Shown here in pieces: positions 13,223 to 26,948 of a stretch of 64,000 nt of DNA (the stretch's first letter is position 1; each line of letters begins with the position of its first letter). Below the pieces are notes generated by a model, which saw nothing but the letters and a program-made list of their open reading frames with translations, ran no database searches and was not told the origin of the DNA. The translations under genes were made by a program, and so were the position numbers. This DNA comes from Balanoglossus misakiensis (lineage: Eukaryota > Animalia > Hemichordata). The stretch lies in assembly GCA_040954595.2 (NCBI GenBank), contig CM082592.2, forward strand, positions 1,178,001-1,242,000, in the 5' to 3' direction.

Positions 13223-15527
13223 ATATAGCTGCAAGCAGCAATAGCGGGCCCAAGCCAACATATCACATAGCACATAGCAACATAGCAATAAGCATATCTG
13301 TTCTGGATGCCAAGATATGGTAAAGTAGGTCAAAGGTCACCTGAGGTCATGCAAAATTTGGGCAAGAAATTTTGACCCTATACTGGTCCATGTTCAACAA
13401 AAACCAAACCTATAGCCCTATTGGTTAGCCTGGAATTAGGTATGCACATAATTAATGAGGTAGGCAGGTGTCACAGGTGATCCCCAATTTTGGCTTTTCA
13501 ATTTTAGTCCCAACCCTCCAAACGCCAAGTCTGTACCTGCTCTGGATGCCAAGATCTGGTAAAGTAGGTCAAAGGTCAGCCGAGGTCAAGCAAAATTTGG
13601 GCAAGAAATTTTGAACCTATACTGGTCCATGTTCAACAAAAACCAAACCTATAGCCCTATTGGTTAGCCTGGAATTAGGTATGCACATAATAAATGAGAT
13701 ATACAGGTGTCACAGGTGACCCCCATTTTGGCTTTTCAATTTTAGTCCCAACCCTCCAAACGCTAAGTCTGTACCTGGTCTGGATGCCGAGATATAGGAA
13801 AGTAGGTCAAAGGTCACCTGAGGTCACCCAAAATTTGGGCAAGAAATTTTGACCCTATACTGGTCCATGTCCCACACGAACGAAACCTCTAGCCCTCTTA
13901 GTTAGCCCAGAATTAGGTATGCACATAATTAATGAGTTAAGCAGGTGTTACAGGTGAGCCTAAAATGTTGCCTTTTATTTTGGTGCCATTGTGCTCACTG
14001 ACCAATAGATAGTCACTGTACAAGACTATTGCACAGACCAGAATTCCACAATAAGACATGGACATAGCTTAACCATAGAAGTATAAGTAAAGGTATAAAT
14101 TTAATAAAAAAATTAATATAAAAAAATCGGTCGATTTTTCATATTATTTTTTTCCGCTTAAAATTATTGACAAATGCTAGGCTAGCAGCACACCAAAGTT
14201 GGAGATGATCGGCCTAACAGATTTTGAGATATGTATGCATATTTATCCAAAATAATATGTTGTCATAGCTTAACTATGTAAAGTATAGGCACATGGCTTG
14301 GGCGAAAAATATGAAAAATAATACTTAAAAATCTTCTTCTCAAAATTGACATGGCCTATGGCCTTGACATTTGGCATGTAGAACCCTGGCCATGTGGTCC
14401 ACAAAGCATCTGAACAGAATTTTGATATCTCAATTCATATGCAAATTAGGCCGATTTGAAAATTTTGCCCATATATGGTCATCAGGTCACGTGACTAATT
14501 AAACATTCACAAGGGTACTGCACTAGCTCTCATTGGCCTGCACCATTGTGCCAAGTTTGAAATCTGTAGGTTTAGCCGTTTTCCAGATCTAGCTGGCCGA
14601 AAAAACTACACAAGAAAAAAAAAAAGAAATATAGCTGCAAGCAGCGATGACGGGCCCAAGCTTAAGCCGAAGGTCAAAGGTCATAAGCGGTCACCCGAAA
14701 TTTTGGCAAGAAATTTTGACCCCATACTGGTCCGTGTCCCACAAGAACAAAATCTCTAGCCCTATTGGTTCGCCTACAATTAGGTATGCGCATAATTAAT
14801 GAGATAAAGTGTAAGGCTCCATCAGGAGTTCCATCCCTCCAAATGCCAAGGCTGTATCTGCTGTGGATGCCGAGATATGGTAAATTAGGTCAAAGGTCAC
14901 CTGAGGTCACCCAAAATTTGGGCAAAAAATTTTGACCCCATACTGGTCCATGTTCAGCATAAATCAAACCTCTAGCCCTATTGGTTAGCCTGGAATTAGG
15001 TATGCACATAATTAATGAGATAAGCAGGTGTCACAGGTGACCCCAATTTTGGCTTTTCAATTTTAGTCCCAACCCTCCAAACGCCAAGTCTGTACCTGCT
15101 CTGGATGCGGAAATATAGGAAAGTAGGTCAAAGGTCACCTGAGGTCATCCAAAATTTAGGCAATTTTTTTTAACCCCATACTGGTCCATGTCCCACAAGC
15201 ACGAAACCTCTAACCCTACTGGTTAGCCTGTAATTAGGTATGCACATAATTAATGAGATATGCAGGTGTCACAGGTGACCCCCATTTTGGCTTTTCAACT
15301 TTAGTCCCAACCCTCCAAACGCCAAGTCTGTACCTGCTGTGGATGCCGAGATATAGGAAAGTAGGTCAAAGGTCACCTGAGGTCACCCAAAATTTGGGCA
15401 AGAAATTTTGACCCTATACTGGTCCATGTCTCACAAGAACGAAACCTCTAGCCCTCTTAGTTAGCCCAGAATTAGGTATGCACATAATTAATGAGTTAAG
15501 CAGGTGTTACAGGTGAGACTAAACTTG

Positions 15528-16294
15528 GGCTAGTTATACTTTGCGAAACAACGAAACAGCGAAACGACGAAACCATTATTAAAATAGGGGCCAGTCATCA
15601 AGACGGTGGCGTATGATTTTTTTAAAAGTTTCCAAATTAAAACGTAAGCGAGCCAAGAAAACTACAGGTCAGATAAATTGTTTTCTCGGAAATTCAACAT
15701 TAGAATTTGGCGTTGGAAACAAACGGCGGGTCGCCAGTTCCTGGTCTGCGGCCTGGTACTATGTAGTGGTAGAGTCGACGTCGTGTGCGCGCAAACGATT
15801 CATGCCAAACTGCTACATATACACAGTGAATATACGCGCGCGCACAACGAAACCACAAAAGATCGAAACCTCAAAATGCGGCAGCAACTGACACTATTTC
15901 CTTAAATACCACAAGGCGGGGAGGCATGAATTGCAATTAAGATAATAAAGAAATTTCGACAATGATACTGTGTTGTGTGAGTTACATGTGTTTCTATATA
16001 TAACTACTACTCTTACCCCCCATCAGTGTTTGACCCTCGAAAGCTTACGGACACTACTGCTTTGTTTCAACTAATCCCTAGCCCTGTGAATATACTCGTA
16101 CATTGACCTTTTGGGGCGGGATTCTTTTTTGGCGCGCAACCACTAGTACCAGGCCGCAGACCAGGAACTTATTTGGAAACTTTAAAAAAAAATAATACGC
16201 CACCGTCTTGATGACTGGCCCCTATTTTAATAATGGTTTCGTCGTTTCGCTGTTTCGTTTCGCTGTTTCGTTGTTTCGCAAAGTATAACTAGCC
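15528..16294. mobile_element. 767 bp MITE with ~100 bp TIRs and 9 bp TSD (Mutator- or Merlin-like)
   Basis: TIR GGCTAGTTATACTTTGCGAAACAACGAAACAGCG.. mirrored at ~16180-16294. TSD CTAAACTTG at 15519-15527 and 16295-16303 (7 bp TAAACTT if the termini are GGG/CCC). Empty site GAGACTAAACTTGTGCC at ~36584 in the paralogous copy. Confidence 0.92.
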
Positions 16295-16957
16295 CTAAAC
16301 TTGTGCCTTTTATTTTGGTGCTATTGTGCTCACTGACCAATAGACAGTCACTGTACAGGACTATTGCACAGACCTGAATTCCACAATAAGACATAGACAT
16401 AGCTTAACCATAGAGGTATAATTAAAGGTATAAATTTAATAAAAAAATTAATATAAAAAAATCGGTCGATTTTTCATATTATTTTTTTTCGCTTAAAATT
16501 ATTGACAAATGCTAGGCTAGCTGCACACCAAAGTTGGAGATGGTCGGCCTAACAGATTTTGAGATATGTATGCATATTTATCCAAAATACGATGTGGTCA
16601 TAGCTTTACTATGTGAAGTATAGGCCGATGGCTTGGGCGAAAAAAATATGAAAAATAATACTTAAAAATCTTCTTCTCAAAATTGACATGGCCTATGGCC
16701 TTGACATTTGGCATGTAGAACCCTGGCCATATGGCCCACAAAGTATCTTAACAGAATTTTGATATCTCCATTCATATGCAAATTAGGCCAAATTGAAAAT
16801 TTTGCCCATATATGGTCATCAGGTCACATGACTAATTACACATTCACAAGGGTACTGCACCAGCTCTAATAGCCCTGCACCATTGTGCCAAATGTGAGAT
16901 TTGTAGGTTCAGCCGTTTTCAAGATCTAGCTGGACAAAAAAACGACACAAGAAGAAG

Positions 16958-16989
<32 letters not shown>

Positions 16990-16993
16990 GAAG

Positions 16994-17172
16994 AAAAACC
17001 CCAGTAATACCAATAGGGCCCAAGCCTGCTGGGCTTGGGCCCTAAGAAGAAGAAGAAGTAGAAGAAAAACCAGGATAATAACAATAGGGCCCAAGCGCTG
17101 CATGCGCTTGGGCCCTAAAAAACCCCAACGAAACCAATAGGGCCCAAGCGCTTGCGTGCGCTTGGGCCCTAA
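16994..17172. repeat. Stack of 3 hairpin caps
   Basis: Caps at ~16994, 17066 and 17117. Confidence 0.95.
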
Positions 17173-20029
17173 TTAAAGCTGCAAGCAGCATTGTCCGGGC
17201 CCAAGCTCTATTATCTGATCAGATTATTAGATATGCACATAATTAATGAGTAGAAACATAATGCTGTGTTTTATCCCATGAAATATCAAGGTTATATCTA
17301 TGTTTGGTGTTGATATAGTGTTAAGTAGGTCAAAGGTCACCAAGAGGTCACCCACAATTTGGGCAGAAAATTTTGATCCATAGTGGTCCATGTCCAACAA
17401 AAACCAGACCTCTAGCCCTTTTGGTTAGCCAGGAATTAGGTATGCACATAAATAATGAGTTAAGCAGGTGTCAAAGGTGACCCAAAACTTTGGCTTTTCA
17501 TTATGGCCCCATACCTCCAAACGCCAAGGTTGTATCTGCTGTGGATGTCGAGATATGCAAAAGTAGGTCAAAGGTCACCCGAGGTCACCCAACATTTGGG
17601 CAAAATATTTTGACCCCATACTGGTCCATGTATAACAAAAACAAAACCTCTAGGTCTATTGGTTCATCATTAATTAGGTATGCGCATATTTAATGAGGTC
17701 ACCAGAGGTCAAAGGGGTCATGAAAAGTAGCAACATTTTTTGATCACATACAAATCCACATACATCAAAAACCAAACTTATAGCCCTATTGGTAAGCCTG
17801 GAATTAGATATGCAGAAAAATGATGCGTCAAAAGTAGGTCAAAGGTCATTGCCAAAATTACCAAAATATTTATAGCTTATTCTTGTCATATGATGATTCA
17901 TATCCATAAAAAGAATTTCTGTGCTATCAATTTTTAGGCTAGAAAAGGAATTTTTACTTTTTAATCGTTTTTCACAAAATCCAATATGGCCGCCATAATC
18001 TTCGACCAATCACATTCCCCTTCGCAAACTTGATAGACACCTGTTTAATGACCACACACACCAAATCTTGTGACTCGGTTATCGCCCGTTCTTGAGAAGA
18101 AGATTTTTGAAGTTTTACTATGGTTTTTCGAAAATCCAATATGGCCGCCATAATCTTCGACCAATCACAATGATCTTCGCAAACTTGATAGACATCAGTT
18201 AGGTGACCAAATACCCCAAACCGCGTGATTCAGTTATCACCGGTTCTGGAGAAGAAGATTTTTGAAATTTAAGCCAGATTTCAGAAAAAAAATTGTAGCA
18301 AAAAAACTGCAACATTTACAGCAAAATATCCAATTACAAAAATGATGGGTAGAAGGTAGACTACCTGCACACCAAATTTGAAGTCGATCTGACTTGTAGT
18401 TTCTGAGATCTGAGATTTGCATTTTTTCAGAAAATCCAATATGGCCGCCAGGTCACGTAACTAATTAAAAATTCACAGGTTCAATGCACGACTACTCATT
18501 GACCTTGACCACTGTAGCAAGTTTCAGAAGTGTACCTGCAGCGGTGTCTGAGATCTAGAGCGACAAAGAATTGACACAAGAATAAAGAAAGAAGAAAGAA
18601 TTAAAGCTGCAAGCAGCATTGTCCGGGCCCAAGCTCTATTATCTGATCTGATTATTAGATATGCACATAATTAATGAGTAGAAACATAATGCTGTGTTTT
18701 ATCCCATGAAATATCATGGTTATATCTATGTTTAGTGCTGATAAAGTGTTAAGTAGGTCAAAGGTCACCCAGAGGTCACCCATAATTTGGGCAGAAAATT
18801 TTGACCCATAGTGGTCCATGTCCAACAAAAACCAGACCTATAGCACTTTTGGTTAGCCCGGAATTAAGTATGCACATAAATAATGAGTTAAGCAGGTGTC
18901 ACAGGTGACCCACAACTTTGGCTTTTCATTATGGCCCCATACCTCCAAACGCCAAGGCTGTATCTGCTGTGGATGCTGATATTTGCAAAAGTAGGTCAAA
19001 GGTCACCAGAGGTCACCCAACATTTGGGTAAAATTTTTTGACCCCATACTAGTCCTGTCCAACAAAAACAAAACCTCTAGGTCTATTGGTTCGCCTGTAA
19101 TTAGCTATGCACATAATTAATGAGGTCAGCAGGGGTCAAAGGGGTCGTGAAAAGTAGCAAAAAATTTTGATCACACACTTATCCACATACATCAACAACC
19201 AAACTTATAGCCCTATTGGTTAGCCTGGAATTAGATATGCAGAAAAATGATGCGTCAAAAGTAGGTCAAAGGTCATTGCCAAAATTACCAAAATATTTAT
19301 AGCATATTGTAGTCATATGATGATCCATATCCATAAAAAGAATTTCTGTGCTATCAATTTTTAGGCTAGAAAGGGAATTTTTACTTTTTAATCGTTTTTC
19401 ACAAAATCCAATATGGCCGCCATAATCTTCGACCAATCACATTCCTCTTCGCAAACTTGATAGACATCTGGTGAATGACCACACACACAAAATCTTGTGA
19501 CTCGGTTATCACCGGTTCTCGAGAAGAAGATTTTTGAAATTTTACTAGGGTTTTTCGAAAATCCAATATGGCCGCCATAATCTTCGACCAATCACAATGC
19601 TCTTCGCAAACTTGATAGACATCAGTTAGGTGACCACATACCCCAAACCCCGTGTCTCGGTTATCACCGGTTCTAGAGAAGAAGATTTTTGAAATTTAAG
19701 CCAGATTTCAGAAAAAAAATTGTAGCAAAAAAACTGCAACATTGACAGCATAATTTCCAATTACAAAAATGTTTGACAGAAGGTAGTCTACCTGCACGCC
19801 AAATTTGAAGTCGATCTGACTTGTAGTTTCTGAGATCTGAGATTTGCATTTTTTCAGAAAATCCAAGATGGCCGCCAGGTCATGTGACTAATTAAAAATT
19901 CATGGGTTCAATGCACGACTACTCATTGACCTTGACCACTGTAGCAAGTTTGAGAACTGTACCTGCAGTGGTGTCTGAGATCTAGAGCGACAAAGAAATG
20001 ACAGAAGAATAAAGAAAGAAGAAAGAAAG

Positions 20030-21198
20030 AATTAAAGCTGCAAGCAGCATTGTCCGGGCCCAAGCTCTATTATCTGATCTGATGCTAATATAGTGTTAAG
20101 TAGGTCAAAGGTCACCCGAGGTCACCAACATTTGGGCAAAATATTTTGACCCCATACTGGTCCATGTATAACAAAAACAAAACCTCTAGGTCTATTGGTT
20201 CATCATTAATTAGGTATGTGCATATTTAATGAGGTCAACAGAGGTCAAAGGGGTTATGAAAAGTAGCAAAATTTTTTGATCACATACAAATCCACATACA
20301 TCAAAAACCAAACTTATAGCCCTATTGGTTAGCCTGGAATTAGATATGCAGGAAAATGATGCGTCAAAAGTAGGTCAAAGGTCATTGACAAAATTACCAA
20401 AATATTTTTAGCTTATTCTTGGCATATGATGATTCATATCCATTAAAAAGAATTTCTGATCTATCAATTTTTAGGCTGGAAAGGGAATTTTTACTTTTTA
20501 ATCGTTTTTCACAAAATCCAATATGGCCGCCATAATCTTCGACCAATCACATTCATCTTCGCAAACTTGATAGACATCTGTTTAATGACCACACACACCA
20601 AATCTTGTGACTCAGTTATCGCCGGTTCTTGAGAAGAAGATTTTTGAAATTTTACTAGGGTTTTTCGAAAATCCAATATGGCCGCCATAATCTTCGACCA
20701 ATCACAATGATCTTCGCAAACTTGATAGACCTCAGTTTGGTGACCACATACCCCAAACCGCGTGACTCGGTTATCGCCGGTTCTGGAGAAGAAGATTTTT
20801 GAAATTTTGACCAGATTTCAGAAAAAAAATTGTAGCAAAAAAACTGCAACATTGACAGCAAAATATCCAATTACAAAAATGATGGGCAGAAGGTACACTA
20901 CCAGCACACCAAATCTGAAGTAAATCTGACTTGTAGTTTCTGAGATCTGAGATTTGCATTTTTTCAGAAAATCCAATATGGCCGCCATGTCACGTGACTA
21001 ATTAAAAATTCAAGGGTTCAATGCACGACTACTCATTGACCTTGACCACTGTAGCAAGTTTCAGAAGTGTACCTGCAGCGGTGTCTGAGATCTAGAGCGA
21101 CAAAGAATTGACACAAGAATAAAGAAAGAAAGAAAGAAGAAAGAAAAACCCCAACGAAACCAATAGGGCCCAAGCGCTGGCTTGCGCTTGGGCCCTAA
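20030..21198 (-). mobile_element. Uninterrupted, internally deleted subfamily A copy
   Basis: Head joins TCTGATCTGATG directly to CT(A/G)ATATAGTG, the same deletion as in copy 21205; one cap at 21145-21197. Confidence 0.8.
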
Positions 21199-24100
21199 AG
21201 ACAGAATTAAAGCTGCAAGCAGCATTGTCCGGGCCCAAGCTCTATTATCTGATCTGATGCTGATATAGTGTTAAGTAGGTCAAAGGTCACCCGAGGTCAC
21301 CCAAAATTTTGGGCAAAATATTTTGACCCCATACTGGTCCATGTATAACAAAAACAAAACCTCTAGGTCTATTGGTTCATCTGTAATTAGGTATGTGCAT
21401 ATTTTATGAGGTCAGCAGAGGTCAAAGGGGTCATGAAAAGTAGCAAAATTTTTTGATCACATACAAATCCACATACATCAAAAACCAAACTTATAGCCCT
21501 ATTGGTTAGCCTGCAATTAGATATGCAGAAAAATGATGCGTCAAAAGTAGGTCAAAGGTCATTGCCAAAATTACCAAAATATTTATAGCTTATTCTTGTC
21601 ATATGATGATTCATATCCATAAAAAGAATTTCTGTGCTATCAATTTTTAGGCTAGAAAAGGAATTTTTACTTTTTAATCGTTTTTCACAAAATCCAATAT
21701 GGCCGCCATAATCTTTGACCAATCACATTCCCCTTCGCAAACTTGATAGACATCTGTTTAATGACCACACACACCAAATCTTGTGACTCGGTTATCGCCC
21801 ATTCTTGAGAAGAAGATTTTTGAAGTTTTACTATGGTTTTTCGAAAATCCAATATGGCCGCCATAATCTTCGACCAATCACAATGATCTTCGCAAACTTG
21901 ATAGACATCAGTTAGGTGACCACATACTCCAAACCGCGTGACTCAGTTATCACAGGTTCTGGAGAAGAAGATTTTTGAAATTTAAGCCAGATTTCAGAAA
22001 AAAAATTGTAGCAAAAAAACTGCAACATTTACAGCAAAATATCCAATTACAAAAATGATGGGTAGAAGGTAGACTACCTACACACCAAATTTGAAGTCGA
22101 TCTGACTTGTAGTTTCTGAGATCTGAGATTTGCATTTTTTCAGAAAATCCAATATGGCCGCCAGGTCACGTGACTAATTAAAAATTCAAGGGTTCAATGC
22201 ACGACTACTCATTGACCTTGACCACTGTAGCAAGTTTGAGAAGTGTACCTGCAGCGGTGTCTGAGATCTAGAGCGACAAAGAATTGACACAAGAATAAAG
22301 AAAGAAAGAAGAAAGAAGGAAAGACAGAATTAAAGCTGCGAGCAGCATTGTCGGGCCCAAGCGCTGATCTTGAATTATATATGCACAGTATGAATGAGAA
22401 GAAACAGAATTTTCTATCAGATGTATTATCTCATGACATAACAAGGATGTGTGTATTTTTGCTGCTGAAATAGGGTGAAGTAGGTCAAAGGTCACCTGAG
22501 GTCACCCAACATTTGGGCAAAAAATTTTGACCCCATACTGGTCCATGTCCAACAAAAACCAAAACTCTAGCTCTATTGGTTCGCCTGTAATTAGGTATGT
22601 GCATATTTAATGAGGTCAGCAGGTGTCACAGGTGACCCAAAAATGTGGCTTTACATTTTGGTCCCATCCTACCAAATGCCATGGCTGTATCTGCTCTGGA
22701 TGCTGAGATATGCGAAAGTAGGTCAAAGGTCACCAGAGGTCACCCAACATTTGGGCAAAAAATTTTGATCCCATACTTGTCCATGTCCAACAAAAACCAA
22801 ACCTCTAGCTCTATTGGTTCGCCTGTAATTAGCTATGCACATAATTAATGAGGTCAGCAGAGGTCAAAGGGGTCATGAAAAGTAGCAAAATATTTTGATC
22901 ACACACTAGTCCACAAGCATCAAAAACCAAACGTCTAGCCCTATAGGTTAGCCTGGAATTAGATATGCAGAAATAATAACGCGTGATAAGTAGGTCAAAG
23001 GTCATGTGAAAAATCGCCAAAAAATTGTTACATATTTTAGTCACATGACGATTGATATCCATAAAAAGAATTTGTATGCTATCAATTTTTAGACTAGAAA
23101 AAGGAATTTCAATTTTTCACTGCTTTTTACAAAATCCAATATGGCCGCCATAATCTTTGACCAATCACAATGCTCTTTGCAAACTTGATAGACATCAGTG
23201 TAGTGACCATACTCCCCGAATCTTGTGACTCAGTCATCGCCCGTTCTGGAGAAGAAGATTTTTGGAGTTTAACTATGGTTTTTCGAAAATCCAATATGGC
23301 CGCCATAATCGTCGACCAATCACAATGATCTTCGCAAACTTGATAGACATCACTTAGGTGACCACATACCCCAAACCCCGTGTCTCAGTTATCATCGGTT
23401 CTGGAGAAGAAGATTTTTGAAATTTAAGCCAGATTTCAGAAAAAAAATTGTAGCAAAAAAACTGCAACATTGACAGCAAAATTTCCAATGACAAAAATGA
23501 TGGGTAGAAGGTAGTCTACCTGCATGCCAAATTTGAAGTCGATCTGACTTGTAGTTTCTGAGATCTGAGATTTGTATTTTTTCAGAGAATCCAATATGGC
23601 CGCCAGGTCACGTGACTAATTAAGTATTCACAAGTCACTGCACATCTACTCATTGACCTTGACCACTGTAGCAAGTTTGAGAAGTGTACCTGCAGTAGTT
23701 TCAGAGATCTCGTTGGCCGAAGAATTGACACAAGAATAAAGAAAGAAAGAAAGAAAGAAAGAAAGAATTAAAGCTGCGAGCAGCATTGTCGGGCCCAAGC
23801 GCTGATCTTGAATTACATATGCACAGTATGAATGAGAAGAAACAGAATTTTCTATCGGATGTATTATCTCATGACATAACAAGGATGTGTTTATTTTTGC
23901 TGCTGAAATAGGGTGAAGTAGGTCAAAGGTCACCCAACATTTGGGCAATATTTTTGACCCATACTGGTCCATGTCCAACAAAAACCAAAACTCTAGCTCT
24001 ATTGGTTCGTCTGTAATTAGGTATGTGCATATTTAATGAGGTCAGCAGTTGTCACAGGTGACCCCAAAATGTGGCTTTACATTTTGGTCCCATCCTACCA

Positions 24101-26628
24101 AATGCCATGGCTGTATCTGCTCTGGATGCTGAGATATGCGAAATTAGGTCAAAGGTCACCAGAGGTCACCCAACATTTGGGCAAAAAATTTTGATCCCAT
24201 ACTGGTCCATGTCCAACAAAAACCAAACCTCTAGCTCTATTGGTTCGTCTGTAATTAGCTATGCACATAATTAATGAGGTCAGCTGAGGTCAAAGGTGTC
24301 ATGAAAAGTAGCAAAATATTTTGATCACACACTAATCCACATTCATCAAAAACCAAACGTCTAGCCCTATAGGTTAGCCTTGAATTAGATATGCAGAAAT
24401 AATAATGCGTGATAAGTAGGTCAAAGGTCATGTGAAAAATCGCCAAAAAATTGCATAATATTTTAGTCACATGACGATTGATATCCATAAAAAGAATTTG
24501 TATGCTATCAATTTTTAGACTAGAAAAAGGAATTTCAATTTTTCACTGCTTTTTACAAAATCCAATATGGCCGCCATAATCTTCGACCAATCACAATGCT
24601 CTTTGCAAACTTGATAGACATCAGTGTAGTGACCATACTCCCCGAATCTTGCAACTCAGTCATCTCCCGTTCTGGAGAAGAAGATTTTTGGAGTTTAACT
24701 ATGGTTTTTCGAAAATCCAATATGGCCACCATAATCTTCGACCAATCACAATGATCTTCGCAAACTTGATAGACATCAGTTAGGTGACCACATACCCCAA
24801 ACCCCGTGTCTCAGTTATCACCGGTTCTGGAGAAGAAGATTTTTGAAATTTAATCCAGATTTCAGAAAAAAAATTGTAGCAAAAAAACTGCAACATTGAC
24901 AGCAAAATTTCCAATTACAAAAATGATGGGTAGAAGGTAGTCTACCTGCATGCCAAATTTGAAGTCGATCTGACTTGTAGTTTCTGAGATCTGAGATTTG
25001 CATTTTTTCAGAAAATCCAATATGGCCGCCAGGTCACGTGACTAATTAAGTATTCACAAGTCACTGCACATCTACTCATTGACCTTGACCACTGTAGCAA
25101 GTTTGAGAAGTGTACCTGCAGTAGTTTCAGAGATCTCGTTGGCCGAAGAATTGACACAAGAATAAAGAAAGAAAGAAAGAAAGAAAGAAAGAATTAAAGC
25201 TGCAAGCAGCATTGTCGGGCCCAAGCGCTGATCTTGAATTATATATGCACAGTGTGAATGAGAAGAAGCAGAATTTTCTATCGGATGTATTATCTCATGA
25301 CATAACAAGGATGTGTGTATTTTTGCTGCTGAAATAGGGTGAAGTAGGTCAAAGGTCACCTGAGGTCACCCAACATTTGGGTAATTTTTTTTTACCCATA
25401 CTGGTCCATGTCCAATAAAAACCAAAACTCTAGCTCTATTGGTTTGCGTGTAATTAGGTATGTGCATATTTAATGAGGTCCGCAGGTGTCACAGGTGACC
25501 CAAAAATGTGGCTTTACATTTTGGTCCCATCCTACCAAATGCCATGGCTGTATCTGCTCTGGATGCTGAGATATGCGAAAGTAGGTCAAAGGTCACCAGA
25601 GGTCACCCAACATTTGGGCAAAAAATTTTGATCCCATACTGGTCCATGTCCAACAAAAACCAAACCTCTAGCTCTATTGGTTCGCCTGTAATTAGCTATG
25701 CACATAATTAATGAGGTCAGCAGAGGTCAAAGGGGTCATGAAAAGTAGCAAAATATTTTGATCACACATTAATCCACATTCATCAAAAACCAAACGTCTA
25801 GCCCTACAGGTTAGCCTGGAATTAGATATGCAGAAATAATAACGCGTGATAAGTAGGTCAAAGGTCATGTGAAAAATCGCCAAAAAATTGTAACACATTT
25901 TAGTCACATGACGATTGATATCCATAAAAAGAATTTGTATGCTATCAATTTTTAGACTAGAAAAAGGAATTTCAATTTTTCACTGCTTTTTACAAAATCC
26001 AATATGGCCGCCATAATCTTCGACCAATCACAATGCTCTTTGCAAACTTGATAGACATCAGTGTAGTGACCATACTCCTCGAATCTTGCGACTAAGTCAT
26101 CGCCCGTTCTGGAGAAGAAGATTTTTGCAGTTTAACTATGGTTTTTCGAAAATCCAATATGGCCGCCATAATCTTCGACCAATCACAATGATCTTCGCAA
26201 ACTTGATAGACATCAGTTAGGTGACCACATACCCCAAACCCTGTGTCTCAGTTATCACCGGTTCTGGAGAAGAAGATTTTTTAAATTTAAGCCAGATTTC
26301 AGAAAAAAAATTGTAGCAAAAAAACTGCAACATTGACAGCAAAATATCCAAATACAAAAATGATGGGTAGAAGGTAGTCTACCTGCATGTCAAATTTGAA
26401 GTCGATCTGACTTGTAGTTTCTGAGATCTGAGATTTGCATTTTTTCAGAAAATCCAATATGGCCGCCAGGTCACGTGACTAATTAAGTATTCACAAGTCA
26501 CTGCACATCTACTCATAGACCTTGACCACTGTAGCAAGTTTGAGCAGTGTACCTGCAGTAGTTTCAGAGATTTAGTTGGCCGAAGAATTGACACAAGAAA
26601 AAAGAAAGAAAGAAAGAAAGAAAGAAAG

Positions 26629-26948
26629 AAAAACCCCAACGAAACCAATAGGGCCCAAGCGCAAGCAAGCGCTTGGGCCCTAAAAATTCCAACGAAACCA
26701 ATAGGGCCCAAGCGCTTGCTTGCGCTTGGGCCCTAAAAATTCCAACGAAACCAATAGGGCCCAAGCGCTTGCTTGCGCTTGGGCCCTAAAAACCCCAACG
26801 AAACCAATAGGGCCCAAGCGCTGGTATGCGCTTGGGCCCTAAAAACCCCAACGAAACCAATAGGGCCCAAGCGCTGGTATGCGCTTGGGCCCTAAAAACC
26901 CCAACGAAACCAATAGGGCCCAAGCGCTGGTATGCGCTTGGGCCCTAA
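26629..26948. repeat. Stack of 6 hairpin caps (3 B-type, 3 A-type)
   Basis: 53 bp period; loops AAGCAA, TTGCTT, TTGCTT, TGGTAT x3. Confidence 0.95.

Noticed and set aside
26629-26948. Palindromic ~53 bp repeat stacks as a CRISPR array
   Set aside because: No unique spacers, no cas genes and a eukaryotic context; explained as stacked element ends.
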